A stretch of DNA of 64,000 nucleotides from Octopus bimaculoides (taxonomy: Eukaryota): positions 3,082,371 to 3,146,370 of the forward strand of contig NC_068987.1 in NCBI RefSeq assembly GCF_001194135.2, given 5' to 3'. The notes under the pieces are model-generated. The model saw nothing but the letters and a program-made list of their open reading frames with translations. It did not search any database and had not been told where the DNA came from. Both the position numbers and the translations under genes were made by a program. Of this stretch, positions 36,441-49,112 are shown in pieces. How positions within the stretch are numbered: position 1 is the stretch's first letter; each line of letters begins with the position of its first letter.

Positions 36441-37648
36441 TCAGTCAGTTTTGCTTTTTTTAAATGTGCATGTGTGTGTCTTTACTGTCTTAGTCAGAGA
36501 GCAGAGCCTATGATTCTATCTTCAGCCTCAGTCTCTAATGAGAAAAAATTATCCTCTGACAGGAGACCTGACCTAAATGGAGTGGGATCCATTTCAGGCA
36601 CCTAAGGCCCAGGTAGTGGTGTTAAACCAGATGTTAGATTAAGTCTACCACATAAGAATAGGATCAATGGACTTTCATACATTTTCAGTCTCCTAAATTT
36701 CTCTCAAGGCTATGGTAGAAGACCATATGCTTTGTTGATTGCAAATGTTTTTAACTTACTGAAAGACTATAAATTACCAATAGTGGAGTGGTACCATCAA
36801 TATTTCTACTCCAAGCAAATGTTGTGGAAAGTCCATGGATTGCTTAGAATTACATGATCTTTCTTGTCACTAAAACACTGATACATGTCCAGGATAATGA
36901 AGCACTGATTGGTCTCAATCAGTATTCCATCTGATATGGAATCAATTTTCGTTTGTCTCATTCTGATGGCAAAAAAAAAAGCATGGTACTTGGTGACCTC
37001 ACTAGTGCTGGTACCAAGCAGAAAGTATTTGGTACACTCTGTAAAGTCGTTGGCATTAGGAAGGGCATCTAGTCGTAGAAACCATGCCAAAGGACATCAA
37101 TAGATTGGTGAATGCTAGTAAATGATGCAATCTATGTATTGCAGAAAAGAACAAGATTTTTATTTGTTTGTTTCTAAGTTCTAAAAACCAGGCTTTTATT
37201 TTAATTCCAAAATGGAAACCTTCACAAACCACTGCACACAAAAAAAAACATCATCCTTAAAAAAACTGCACATATCCTCCATAGCTCCATTTCACTTAGG
37301 GATTGATTTAATTTTTCTGTAGCAAACTTTTGGGTCTTGCTTATTGTCTTATATATATTTTTATAATTTTTGCATACACCTACTTTTTTTTTTATCTTGA
37401 ATCCTTCCAGAATTTCAGCTCGTTTTCTCTCCATCTCTACTTCTTGCTCCTCATTACCCATTTTCTATGCATATATATATGTATAGCAGATGCAAAATAT
37501 GGGAAGGGAGATAACTCTTCTAAACAGTACGAGTTAAAACCCTTCTTCATCTGCTGATGAACTAGTTCCAGTCTTCTGAAGCTAATGAATTTGATGTGTA
37601 TGTAAACGCATTGGCCTCTTGTTTCTGTGGGATTGGTCAAATGATGTA

Positions 37649-37698
37649 GAACCCCTGATGAGACCCCAGTAAGGGTCGAAACTTAATTAGGGCTGTTC
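37649..37698 (+). ncRNA. Type-I hammerhead ribozyme-like motif in an ELOVL intron
   Basis: GAACCC-CTGATGA-GACCC(CAGTAA)GGGTC-GAA-ACTTAATT-A-GGGCTGTTC; complete core, perfect stem II, bulged stem I, one mismatch in stem III. Confidence 0.65.
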
Positions 37699-38539
37699 AT
37701 AATTTTTTCAATCTCTACAGAGAACTGCGTAAATCTGCCAGGTTTCTCTCTCTACTTCATAGGTTTACATATATTTTTCCAACTTCAAATTCTCTAAACA
37801 GAATGGGTGATATCTTTCTTGCAGCTTTAGCAGATGCTTCAAAAATTCTAGTTTGCCACAGCCATGGACATGTTATGTTGTCTGACAAAAGTCCAAACAC
37901 TTTTTTTGTATTCTACACTTGTAGCTGTTGCCCTTCGGACCAGAAATTTTAATGAAGAATAATTTGGCCTCTTGTGTCCCAATGTATAAAAGTGTTTAGT
38001 CATTTTGGACTTACAAGCCTAAGATCACTACACATGCACATATCTGTTTGCATGTGAATGAATACACACACACACACACACACACACAGCTACACACACA
38101 CACAATTGCATATTCTTGATGTATTCTGGAAGGTTCAAATGCAAATACACTAGTTGTTGTTGTGTAGGTCACAAGAGAACACATTTTTACGATCCCATGT
38201 GGCTCACTGCCACATGGGATTCTGGGACATTAGTGTTTCGACATGTATATATGTAAATGTTTTTTTTTTTGTTTTTTTGGTATAAAAACGTTAAAGGATG
38301 TAAAATAGCAGTTGAAAAAGGAATAAATAAATAAATAAATGATGCTGTTTGGAAAAAGTCCTTTGCAATATTTGTTCTGCACCAAGTTAAAGATGCTCTG
38401 TTGTCACTTTTGCCATCAGAAGTGCAGTGAACTAATAATTAACCTGTTGGAAACCTGTGACTAATTGTGAAATAATTAACTGTAATTAACAAAGTAGTAG
38501 TTGTATGGACCATTGTGTGCTGTCTCATTAATCCTTTTA

Positions 38540-38855
38540 CATTCTGAGCTCAAATTGTGTTGAAGTCAATTTTGCCTTTCATCCTTTCAGGGTCATAAGA
38601 CATGTACCAGTTGAGCCCTGGTGTCAGTGTAATCCAGCCTTTATCAACAGCAATAATAATAATAATAATGGTTTCAAATTTTGGTACAAGGGGTTAATTG
38701 ATTATATTGAACCCAGTTCTTGAATGGTACTTGATTTATCGAGTCCCAAAAGAATGAAAAGCAATATCAACCTCAGTGGAATTTGAACCTGAAGTCGGAT
38801 GAAATACTGCTAAGCATTTCACCCAGCATGCTAACAATTCTGCCAGCTCACCACC
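38540..38855. mobile_element. Adjacent inverted pair of family B SINEs
   Basis: + copy about 38540-38690 and - copy about 38695-38855, ending about 100 nt before the 38961 ELOVL exon. Confidence 0.7.
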
Positions 38856-38861
38856 TGAATA

Positions 38862-38892
<31 letters not shown>

Positions 38893-38960
38893 TCTATTTT
38901 CTAAAAGGAATTTTCAATATTTTACACAAGAATACATTTCAATTTTTGTTTTAATTTCAG

Positions 38961-39097
38961 GTGGATTTGGTACATTCCATGCTATGATTAACTCTTTTAT
39001 ACATCTAATCATGTATACCTATTATGGTTTAGCTGCCATGGGACCAAAATTTCAAAAATATTTGTGGTGGAAGAAATATTTGACGACTCTTCAACTT
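38961..39097 (+). CDS. ELOVL7: ELOVL exon (137 bp; [46 protein letters not shown])
   Basis: aatttcag acceptor and CTT|gtaagt donor; NxxxHxxMYxYY and [10 protein letters not shown] motifs; phase matches the previous exon. Confidence 0.96.
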
Positions 39098-39180
39098 GTA
39101 AGTGGATTTTGTAATAACAGATCTTGTTTAGTAACATTGAGACATCTTCTCATTGAAATTTATTACATGTATGTGCGTGC

Positions 39181-39229
<49 letters not shown>

Positions 39230-39312
39230 TGTATATACATGCGTTGCATATGTATATAAAATTTTCTGGAAATGGGCAAAATATTAATTTGTTTTTCTTT
39301 TTTTATTTGCAG

Positions 39313-39582
39313 ATCCAATTCATAGCCATGCTTGTCCACAGCATTCAACTTCTATTTATAGAGTGTAATTATCCAGTGATATTTGCCAAAGCTATCACAG
39401 CCAATGCTCTAATGATGCTTGTGTTGTTTGGTGATTTCTACTGGAAGGAATATTTCAAGAAAAAACCAACTGTGGACGTTAGTAGAATCAGTAATGGTAG
39501 CGTTAAGTGCAATATGCAGCACAATGGCAGTTTACCAAACAAAAATGGAACTGCAAAAAGTAATGGTATAAAATCTGACTGA
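39313..39582 (+). CDS. ELOVL7: ELOVL last coding exon (IQFIAMLVHSIQLLF...KSNGIKSD*)
   Basis: atttgcag acceptor; QF, C.YP and LF..FY...Y motifs; Lys at -3 of the C-terminus (ER-retrieval-like); TGA at 39580-39582; the six exons join in frame to 280 aa from the split Asp. Confidence 0.93.
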   Translation: MQFIAMLVHSIQLLFIECNYPVIFAKAITANALMMLVLFGDFYWKEYFKKKPTVDVSRISNGSVKCNMQHNGSLPNKNGTAKSNGIKSD

Positions 39583-40449
39583 GACTTATCAAGGTTTCTC
39601 TTTTTTTCCTTCCCTTCCTTCAATACTGCCCCTCAAAACCCGCCATTCTTTCATTAGCTTTGTATTTAAAGACGACTACAAAATGTTTTTGGAAAAAAAA
39701 TAAAAATGAAAAATATATATTATGCAAAAAGATTATTAAAAGAAACATTTAAAAATGTATAAGGAAATTTTTAATATATTTAAGAAAATACAAAAAAAAA
39801 TCATACCTAATTGTCAAATAAATGTGGAAAGTTTTTTTAAGCATTTGTAAAAGATTGCCATTTTCATTGAATTTGGGGGAATCTGGATGAATAAAGCTGC
39901 TAGTCAGGCATAGTTATCTCCCTTAATTTCTACCCTTTAAAAAATTTTTTGAATTGTTCAAATCGCTTTGCTAAACTGGAGTGTAGGGGAGAGAAAGATG
40001 AAGTTTTATGAAGACAGGAAGGAGATATCAATTCCAACTGCTTCAACATCCAACTTGGGGCCTTGTCAGAAGTGAAGTCAATTCACTCAATTGCTCAACT
40101 AGGATAAAACTAGTTTCCATGCTTAACTTGCTCAAGCTTTGCAAAATTTACCTGTGTATGTTAATGTTAGCATGTATATATATATATATGAATGCTAGTG
40201 TGTATGTTTACACACACACACACGCACGCACAGACATCTAAATTTCATTATATTTTTTATTCATTTTGTTCTAATTTATTTGTTACAAAAATTTGTCAGT
40301 ACTCATTACGCACCTGTATTAGAAGAATGTAGAGCTTCTAGTATACTTATGTGTCAGGTAAACGGGATTACATATTTGGTCGCAAAGGATTTAACTGTCA
40401 ACCTTATGGCTGTTTATTCTATATATGACAAACATGTTTATTATTATTA

Positions 40450-41400
40450 AGGTGGCGAGCTGTCAGAAACATTTGCACGCCGAGCGAAATGCTTAGCAGT
40501 ATTTCATTTGCCGCTATGTTCTGAGATCAAATTCCACCAAGGTCAACTTTGCCTTTCATCCTTTCAAGGTCAATAAATTAAGTACCAGTTACATACTGGG
40601 GGTCGATGTAATCAACTCATCCATTCCCCCAAAATTGCTGCCCTTGTGGCAAAATTTGAGACCATTGTTGTTAAGACATTAAGCTTGCAGAATCAGTGGT
40701 AAGCTGAGCAAAATGCTTAGCGGCATTTCATCCGTCTTTATGTTCCGAGGTTCACTTTGCCTTTGATCCCTTTCGGAATCGATAAAATAAGTAGTTGAGA
40801 ACGGCGGGAGTGGGGTCGATGGAATCAAGTTAACTCCTCCCCTGAATTTGCTGGCCTTGAGCCAAAATTTGAAACCATTATTATTATTAGTTTATGGCAA
40901 CAAGCTGGCAGAAGCATTAGCACTCCAGGCTTTACATTCTAATTCCAAATTCTNNNNNNNNNNNNNNNNNNNNNNNNNNNNNNNNNNNNNNNNNNCTGCT
41001 GAGGTCAACTTCCATCCTTTTGAGGTTGATATAATAAGGAACCGGTCAAGTACTAGGGTTGATGTCATGGACTGGCCCTTTCCCACCAAATTTCAGGACT
41101 GATGCCTGTAATAGAAAAGATAATTATTCAAGTGGCAAGCCGGCAGAGTCGTTAGCACACCAAGCAAATGCTTAAGGACATTCGTCCATCTTTACTTTCT
41201 GAAGTCGATTATTAAAAAAGTGGCAAGCCGGCAGAATCTTCTAAGTTGCTATTCCGAGGTCATCTTTGCCTGTCATCCTTTTGGGGGTCAATGAAATATG
41301 TACCTGTTATACACTGGGATCAGTGTATAACTGACTTGTCCCCTCTCCACAAAATTTCAAGCCTTGTGCCTATAGGAGAAAGGATTGTTATTGTAGTAGT
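40450..41400 (+). mobile_element. Tandem pile of at least four family B SINE copies (another at about 42110-42280)
   Basis: Repeated GGC(G/A)AGC(T/C)GGCAGAA head and GAGGTCAACTTTGCCTTTCATCC body separated by ATT-rich tails. Confidence 0.8.
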
Positions 41401-44400
41401 AGTAGTAGCAGCAAAACAATAAAAGATAGCCTGCTAGTAAAATGCTGCAGCATCATGGAACTTTGTATATCAACCAAAATTGTTCTAAGCATCATTGCTG
41501 TATTTTGGCAATTATAGTTCCATGTTAAGTACTCCTGTCATTTCTCAGCCCTCGTTAAGTCTCAGTTGTTACTTCATTAAATTTTTCATTAATGAAATGA
41601 GTTTGAGTTTTACTTAAAATCACATTTTATTTAGTTGGTAGAAGAGAATTATTGTCACATCGGTGCTGTGCTGTGTTTGTGCGTACATGCATTCTTTACT
41701 CTCAAAGTGTAAAATCCATAAGTTTATTTAGCATTTGTTAAAATGTATGATTAATTTGTTGATCGACTGTCAAAATATCAAAATATAATTGCTTTATAGT
41801 TCTGAAAATGTAGTCCTTGCAGTGAATATTTTATAGACAAACAGAAAGACTGAACAATTAGCAAAGATCTCAGCTCAAACTTCATCAATTTTATTAATTA
41901 ATCTGGTGGCAAGAGTAACACATTTGATTGACTAATAACTACTTGTCTGTTGTCGGCCTCATCAGCTCTTTACAAAGAAATTCCATTCAATATAATCTCA
42001 GTTATTTAGTTCATTTTTTGTGGACCTTTAAAGTTGGGAGACACTCAAGGTTAAATAGGCATAAATAAAGCTATTTCACATTGCTATGTTGAAAGATAGT
42101 ACAGCCCTTTACATTCTGAGTTCAAATCCTGCTTAGGTCAACTTTGCCTTTCATCCTTTCAGGGTCGATAAAATAAAGTACCAGTCAAGTACTGGGTTCA
42201 ATGCTATCGACTGAACCCCTTTCCCTAAATTTCAGATCTTGTACCTGTGCTAGAAACAATTATTATTATTATTATTATTATTCCAGCTGTGGAGCAGTTG
42301 AAACTGTAGTTTTGATAGTAATTTTTGTCCTACTTTCTCAGTTCAAATCTTGATTGGGGTGGCTTTACCTGTTACCCTTCAGGATTGTTAAAATAAATTC
42401 AATCACCTATACGCCACTTATGCAAATCTGTGGCCATATACCAATACAAGAAATTGCTATTTCCATCTCAAGAAAACATGTATTTTATAAAGGTTTTCTT
42501 TTTTAATGAAAAATGAAAATTTACAAAATGCCTCATGTGTCAAATCATTAATTACCGAGGGATTTAATACCTCTTAGTGTTTATACATTTATAAAAATTC
42601 AATATGTCGTGTTTTTTTTTTGTTCCCCCCCCCCCCCACTCAGTGGAAGTGAAAAGGACAGTAGCGCTGAACTTCATTTATGTTGCTGATGTAACCTAAA
42701 TAAGGAAACATCTTTGGGAGAAATGTGATTTGGGAAGAAAATTTGGTAAAGAATTCAGTTCTGGGAATCTAGGGATTGTAACACAGTAAGGATGTTGATA
42801 AAAGAGGTGGGTGTATAAGTTGTACTAGACTGTTTTTTATTAGTTTGCTCTGGCAGAAGGGGGTTGCACCTTCCACCCTCACAAGCCTTCTGAGACCAGA
42901 TTGATATCAGTTGTATAAAAGAGATTTAAAATAGTGTCTCTGTAGATAAATGGTGGTTAACTAGTTGAAGCACTGTCTCAGATCTGAGATCAAAGAAAAT
43001 CCACATATTTGAGACAATGCTTCCACTACAACAGGGAGTGTTTAAGTGATTTGCAGATGAGATTGTGGTTAATAAAAAGGAAGAGTTAAAAGGTGATGTC
43101 AGAATATGTTATTAGATGAGACAACAAATGGATCATTGGTTTACAGAAAACAAATGTTGGGATCATAACCAAACCTTAGGGTACATCTAGCTTGAATATT
43201 GGTTGGAGAAAATCTTATTAATCCAAGAGACTTAACCAAGAGGTTCTCATGGCAAACGAAGTTGAAGGCTTTACAAACACTAAGAAAAATCCTCTGGTGT
43301 GTAATTGTGTCAAGAGTGGAATGGAAGGAATATCCAACTCATGCCAGCAAGGAAAACAGACATTAAATGATGGTGATGGTAGGGCTAGATACTTTGTTGG
43401 GTTTGGAACACAGACACAGTTGTTCAGACTTAGTGACTGTGTTGTAATTTGGCCAAGGCTATCCAAGTCCATTATGTCTGTTATCAAAACTGTTATAATT
43501 CCTTTGTCCATGTCTCATCTTTTCTTATATCTAGGAATACATTATAATTTTTTTTTAAAGAGTAGTGAGGATTTGACTGCTATTTCTACCTTGTTGACAA
43601 AATTCGAAGAATGAAGGAGAGATTCAATAAAGTTCTGGTGTACATGAGAAGTTTGAAAGAAAATGGGCAGCAAATTTAATGTCTCTGAATTGGAATGTTG
43701 TTTACTAAGGCATCTTAGTTAAGGAGTGTGTGTGTGTGTATTATTGAACTCTCTTGTTGCTATGATGAACGAAGATTCAACAGGACACAGCTTTGCAGAG
43801 TTCTTAGTCCAATTCTTTATTGTTTTGTCTCATGGGAATGCAGACCTATCTGAAATTTGCAGATACTGTAGCAAATGCTGCAGTGGTGGTCTTTATCATT
43901 TGTGGGTACATTGGTTCAGCTTTACGCTGGGCCTTTTTCTCCTTCAGTGATCCCCATTGCCTGTCCTGCATATAACCACTTTAAATACACACACATACAC
44001 AATATATTCATACTTGAACCTTGAAATCATGATTATTTTTTGCTTATCCACAATTTAAACCAATATGAAGACCAAGTCCATTTGACCAACAAACACAATC
44101 TGTTGGCCATTATAGAAGTAACAAGAGTACCAAATAAAATCTCTTATTTCCTCCAATCTGGCAGAGATTGTTTTTGCACAAATTTTTAACCAAGACATTA
44201 AACAATGCAATTCTTCTTTCTCACTGACACCATTTACCCTTCTCACATATTACAACTAAACGTGTTTATCTTCAATTAGAGAACTTCATACTTAGGAGAG
44301 ACAATTTGTTAATCCATCTGATGAAAATTATTATTGTAGGTGAGATGGGAAAATATTTTCATTATCTTAATTCTTCCCTTTTTTAAAAAAAAATTTATTG

Positions 44401-45323
44401 AATTATTCATAGATTCATTCAAATTTGTTTGACAGGTTTAGAGCAAGAAATAAACTTTGCTATTTTTGTCTATCCTGATTGTTAATTATGGTGTTATGTC
44501 TAAACTTTTGCAGGTAGTCACAACCTTAATTATATCAATTTCATGATGAAGTATCATCAGGTGAAAATTTATTCTCTTTTTCTCCCCGACCTGCCACACC
44601 CATAATCCTGGAACCAAAATTTAGAAAAAGTATTGATGTTTCAAATGACTTTAATAAGTTGACATCTGGTTATTGTGATTCAATCCAGATTTAGTCAAAG
44701 GATTTATTTCTTTTCCTATCTTGCAAGTTACTTAGCAACCTTAGCAGTGCCAGTAGCACGAGTAAAACAACGCCCAATTCACCCTGTAAAGTGGTTGGCA
44801 CTAATAAGGGTGTCCAGCCATTGGAACCATGCCAAACCCAACATTGAAACCTGATGTAGCCCTGTAGCTCACTGGATACTGTCAACCATCCAATTCAGGC
44901 CAGAATGGTAAAAGGACATTAAATGATGATGATGACTAAAATGTGCAGAAGCAAATTTTAACTGATCTAAACTCAATGACAAAAGTCTTCACTTTAGGTA
45001 GATTTTAATGTACCTTTTTTTTTAAAGACATTATTAGTCATATTTTTAGATATGATAATCTCCTGGCATCAAGAGATGTTTCAATGATTGCTATTTTAAC
45101 TTTCAAGTACTTAGGAAAAATTAAATAATTCTACCAAAAAAATTATTATTCTTAAACTATGAAAAGAGTTGCTCACACGAAATGTGAATTTGATAAAGGT
45201 TATGAGGATATCCATTAGGAAAAATTGTTTTGAAGAGTAAATAACATTTAAGGCAGAAAAATGATTTTAATGTGCAAACAGCCTAAATTATGAAACCTTA
45301 CTGTTCAGTAACAATATATAAAC

Positions 45324-45737
45324 CAATGCTTCTCAAACCATCTGATGTGGCGTACCGAAAGTTTTTTTTTTTTTTTTTTTATCCAATGTGCCAGGGAGCA
45401 GTAATATTAATCTATACCAGAAACAATATACATAATGAATATAATAAAAGTTGACTCCCTCCCATTTGATCTCTCCATATCGTTAGCAACAACTTCCTTT
45501 CTACAAGCGCAAGCACTAATATAATCTTAATACTACACCAGTAAGCTATGGTAAATAGAAAATGCATTGTCATATCACAAACATACTACATTTACTTACA
45601 CAATTTCTACCACGGTCAGTAAGTATCATGCTCCACCGACCAGCTGATAAGTTGTTTACTGCAGTGCATGAGGCAACATTACTGAAATTATGCTGTTTTT
45701 CTGGAAACTCGCTGCGGACCACCACTGAGTAGCACTG
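45324..45737. mobile_element. hAT (Charlie-like) MITE
   Basis: TIRs CAATGCTTCTCA / CAGTGCTACTCA; 8-bp TSD atataaac / ctataaac (7 of 8 match). Confidence 0.75.
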
Positions 45738-47639
45738 CTATAAACAATACTATAACAAAAGTATAAACATTACAATAGCTATACTACAAACCATACTATA
45801 ACAATATTGTAAACAAAAGTAAAATAATAATAATATAATAATTTAATAAAATAACTATGAATCCCTGCTATTTTGGTGAAAACCAGCTGACGTTGAAAAT
45901 TATCAAGAATATTTATAAAGCAAAATGTAACCATTTAAAAGACTAATTGCTGCCCAAAAAGAAAATGAAATCCATGCAGAAGTACAAGAACAATTGTATT
46001 ATTAATTAGATGCCAGAAGTTTTATTCCTTGAGCTAGAACTTAAAGTGTTGCTTATTCAATAGCAACCATGCAACACTGACCTCTGGTGATCAACACTAC
46101 AAATTCTGTCATTTTTCATGCACCACAACAAACTGTTTTTAGTAACTGTTAGGCTGTCATGGAAGAATTAAGTTCTCAACCACCAGCTCACAGAATTGCT
46201 CTTTGTGTGTTCATTGTCTGTTGAGTAATGAATATGACAAGGGTCAAAATAGTTGAACCCATGAACACCAAAAGTATAGGGTTTCATGCAAGAACCACTC
46301 CTTCTATAGTCTGCAAGAAAAATCTCAGAATCCAAATAGATGACACCAACCAAATCTACGATGCATTGCTGGAATGTATTGGTCAATGTACTCTACAAGT
46401 ATATGAAATGATGGTAACTGTTGGTCATAATTCTGCTCAAGCAGGGATGGTCTGAAGCTAAACCCCTGCACTAGATACTGACAGCAGACCTAACATGCAG
46501 TAACAGCCTAAGCAAATGAATGTGGCTCCATGTAAGCAGAGTTTGATAGAATTATTGTTTTACAATACCATGAAGATGATAGTCATAATAAACATGGACA
46601 GCTGACAACAGGAAGAAGACAACCTGAGGTAAACGCATGCAACTAGCAAGAAGACTGACATAACAGATACAGCTGACAGCAACAAAAGAGAATATAAACT
46701 GTAAGGGACATTTCAATGTTGGCACTTTGGATGTTATTTGGAGGGGAGACTCGACTCTAGTCATTGACGAAGCTAGTCAGGAATAGAGCAAAGGTACAAT
46801 GTTGTTAATATGGGGTTGAAACGAGTGTTAACTGAATGTGGAGATACATATATGTATTGTGATGAGTATGAAGATAACCAGAAGTGGAATGATGGTGAAT
46901 TAATGTGGGGGGAACTATTTATTTGTTGAGTGAAATCAGATTAAGAAGTTGTAGAAAAAAATTTCTATCATACAATAATAGAAATGAGAAATAAGTTAAA
47001 AAGGTTTAATTCTATTACATTCATCGAATGACTATTAAGATGTGATTGACCTCAATGAACTATACAAATGGTATGGATTTAATCTTGGCACTAAGAATAA
47101 TTATTCTAAACCAAGTTAATGCTACAGATTAAGAAATGAACTTTGCATTCTATAAAGTTTGGCCATCGTACATACATGTGTGCATAGCGCATGGACTTGG
47201 TAGTGAGTCAAAAAGAGGAACTGACGGAATATAACATACAAGTGAGTTTACATGATCTGTGTTCATACAAGTGAGTCAGTAGAAACTCTTCCACACACAT
47301 ATGGATTTACATTATATGATTGTCGAGTGTTTTCAGTAGGTAGGGGCTCAGTTTATAAAGTAGTATACTGTTGTTTTAGTGTTTTCTATGGTAATAAAAA
47401 ACTGTGACCCCAAAAATTAATGAGTTTTGATAAAGGTGTTTTGGGTGTGAACCCATAATGGTCTCTGCTTGATGAAGCAGTATAACTGTTGTGTTAGTTA
47501 ATGTTCTGAGTTATGTCAAGGGAGTTACGCCATAAGGGAGACATTCCATTTTGCTACTCTCAGTTGGGTGACATGCCAGCTTCTACATAGATCTACTTAT
47601 ATAACCTACACCAGTGTCGCATAACTGGTCAACTCAAAA

Positions 47640-48057
47640 GTACTCTTGGATCATAGGGCAACATGCCATGCTTGAGGAAACCTATTGAGTCAAGTGCATC
47701 AACATCAAATCAAATGGAAATTGTAGTTGTTGTCCCTGTGCCAGTGGCACGTAAAAAGCACCATCCGAATGTGGCCGATGGCAGACCCCTCACTGCGACT
47801 GGCTTCTGTGCTAGTGGCACGTAAAAAGCACCATCCAAATGTGATCGATGCCAGCCCCCTTTGGTCCCTGTACCGGTGGCACGTAAAAAGCACCCACTAC
47901 ACTCTCTGAGTGGTTGGCATTAGGAAGAGCAATCCAGCTGTAGAAACTCTGCCAGATCAGATTGGGGCCTGGTGCAGCTTCTTGGGTTCCCAGACCCCAG
48001 TCAAACAGTCCAACCCATGCCAGCATGGAAAATGGACGTTAAACGATGATGATGATG
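47640..48057 (+). mobile_element. Family C short repeat (RTE-LINE-3'-end-like, (GAT)n tail) with internal tandem units
   Basis: GTGGCACGTAAAAAGCACC units, then GGTTGGCATTAGGAAG..ATCCAGCTGTAGAAAC...CCCATGCCAGCATGGAAAATGGACGTTAAACGATGATGAT; about 18 copies in the window (e.g. 2005, 2690, 8968, 14305, 18945, 26550, 32215, 36975, 44735, 55625, 61305). Confidence 0.85.
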
Positions 48058-48899
48058 AACAACTTCCTTGGTCTCTAAAAAATCACGTCACTGCACTTCA
48101 CCTGTCTTTGAAGTCCAGCATGACTGGAGAGTTTGTTTGTTTGTTGAACCTGAAGGAAGGATCAATGCCAATGACCTTTCCAGGTTTTCCAAGACCAGTG
48201 AGATTGATGCTATTGATGTTCCTCATTTGTAAGTCAAAACCTGCAGAAAAGGTATGAGCAAGGAGAGAATTCCAGGAGACCAAAGTTCTGGCCAGAAAGG
48301 TAATGAGTAGTAGGACAGGATCTGTTGGGTTTAGGTATAACAAGGATGAAGAGATGAGATGAGAATATTTGCATAATCTAAACAAAAATGACCAAAGAGA
48401 AACAGTTTTGAGTGGTCAGTGGTCAGCATACTATTGAACACCATAGACAAATAGAGGATAATTTCCTGATTTATTAAAATTATCTACCTCCAGATGTGTC
48501 AAATAGTAATTAAGATCAGCTGCAGGTGAGAAGGGGAGATCATCTCAAGAATTCTCTAGAATTGAGATGCCCTGAAAAGGAAGGACCAGTTTACTGTTTG
48601 GAGATAAGAGGACAGTCATGGATATGTGCTTCTGTCTTACTGGCCTACAGCATGACAACTGACCAACCTTACCTCCAATAGCCAAGGGACTTATACAAAA
48701 AAAAAGAGTTAAACACATTTATGACCAAGAGACCTTGCATAATTTTAAGAGTGTTGGGCCTTGCAGAAGCAAAGTGGCTGGTGACACATGAAAAGCTCCT
48801 TTCAAGTGTTGGGCCTCACAGAGGTAATGACGACAAATAACCGAAACCATTGGCATTCTGTTGCGCTTGAGAAGAAGACCCACCAAGCCAAGTAAAACC

Positions 48900-49112
48900 A
48901 CAGCTGTGGCAGATACTGGTGTCACGCAAATGGCACCAGTGTCAGTGGCACGTAAAAACACCCATTACACTCTCAGAGTGGTTGGCGTTAGGAAGGGCAT
49001 CCAGCTGTAGAAACACTGCCAGATCAGACTAGTGTCTGGTGCAGCCTTCTAGTTTGCCAGCCCTGGTCAAACCGTCCAACCCATGCCAGCATGGACAACG
49101 GGCGTTAAATGA
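48900..49112 (+). mobile_element. Family C copy
   Basis: GTGGCACGTAAAAACACCC...GCATGGACAACGGGCGTTAAATGA. Confidence 0.8.

Noticed and set aside
38783-39259. ORF-track ELOVL ORFs extending into introns (also 28383-28796 and 39181-39582)
   Set aside because: Only the GT-AG-bounded parts match ELO motifs; the flanks are SINE or microsatellite read-through
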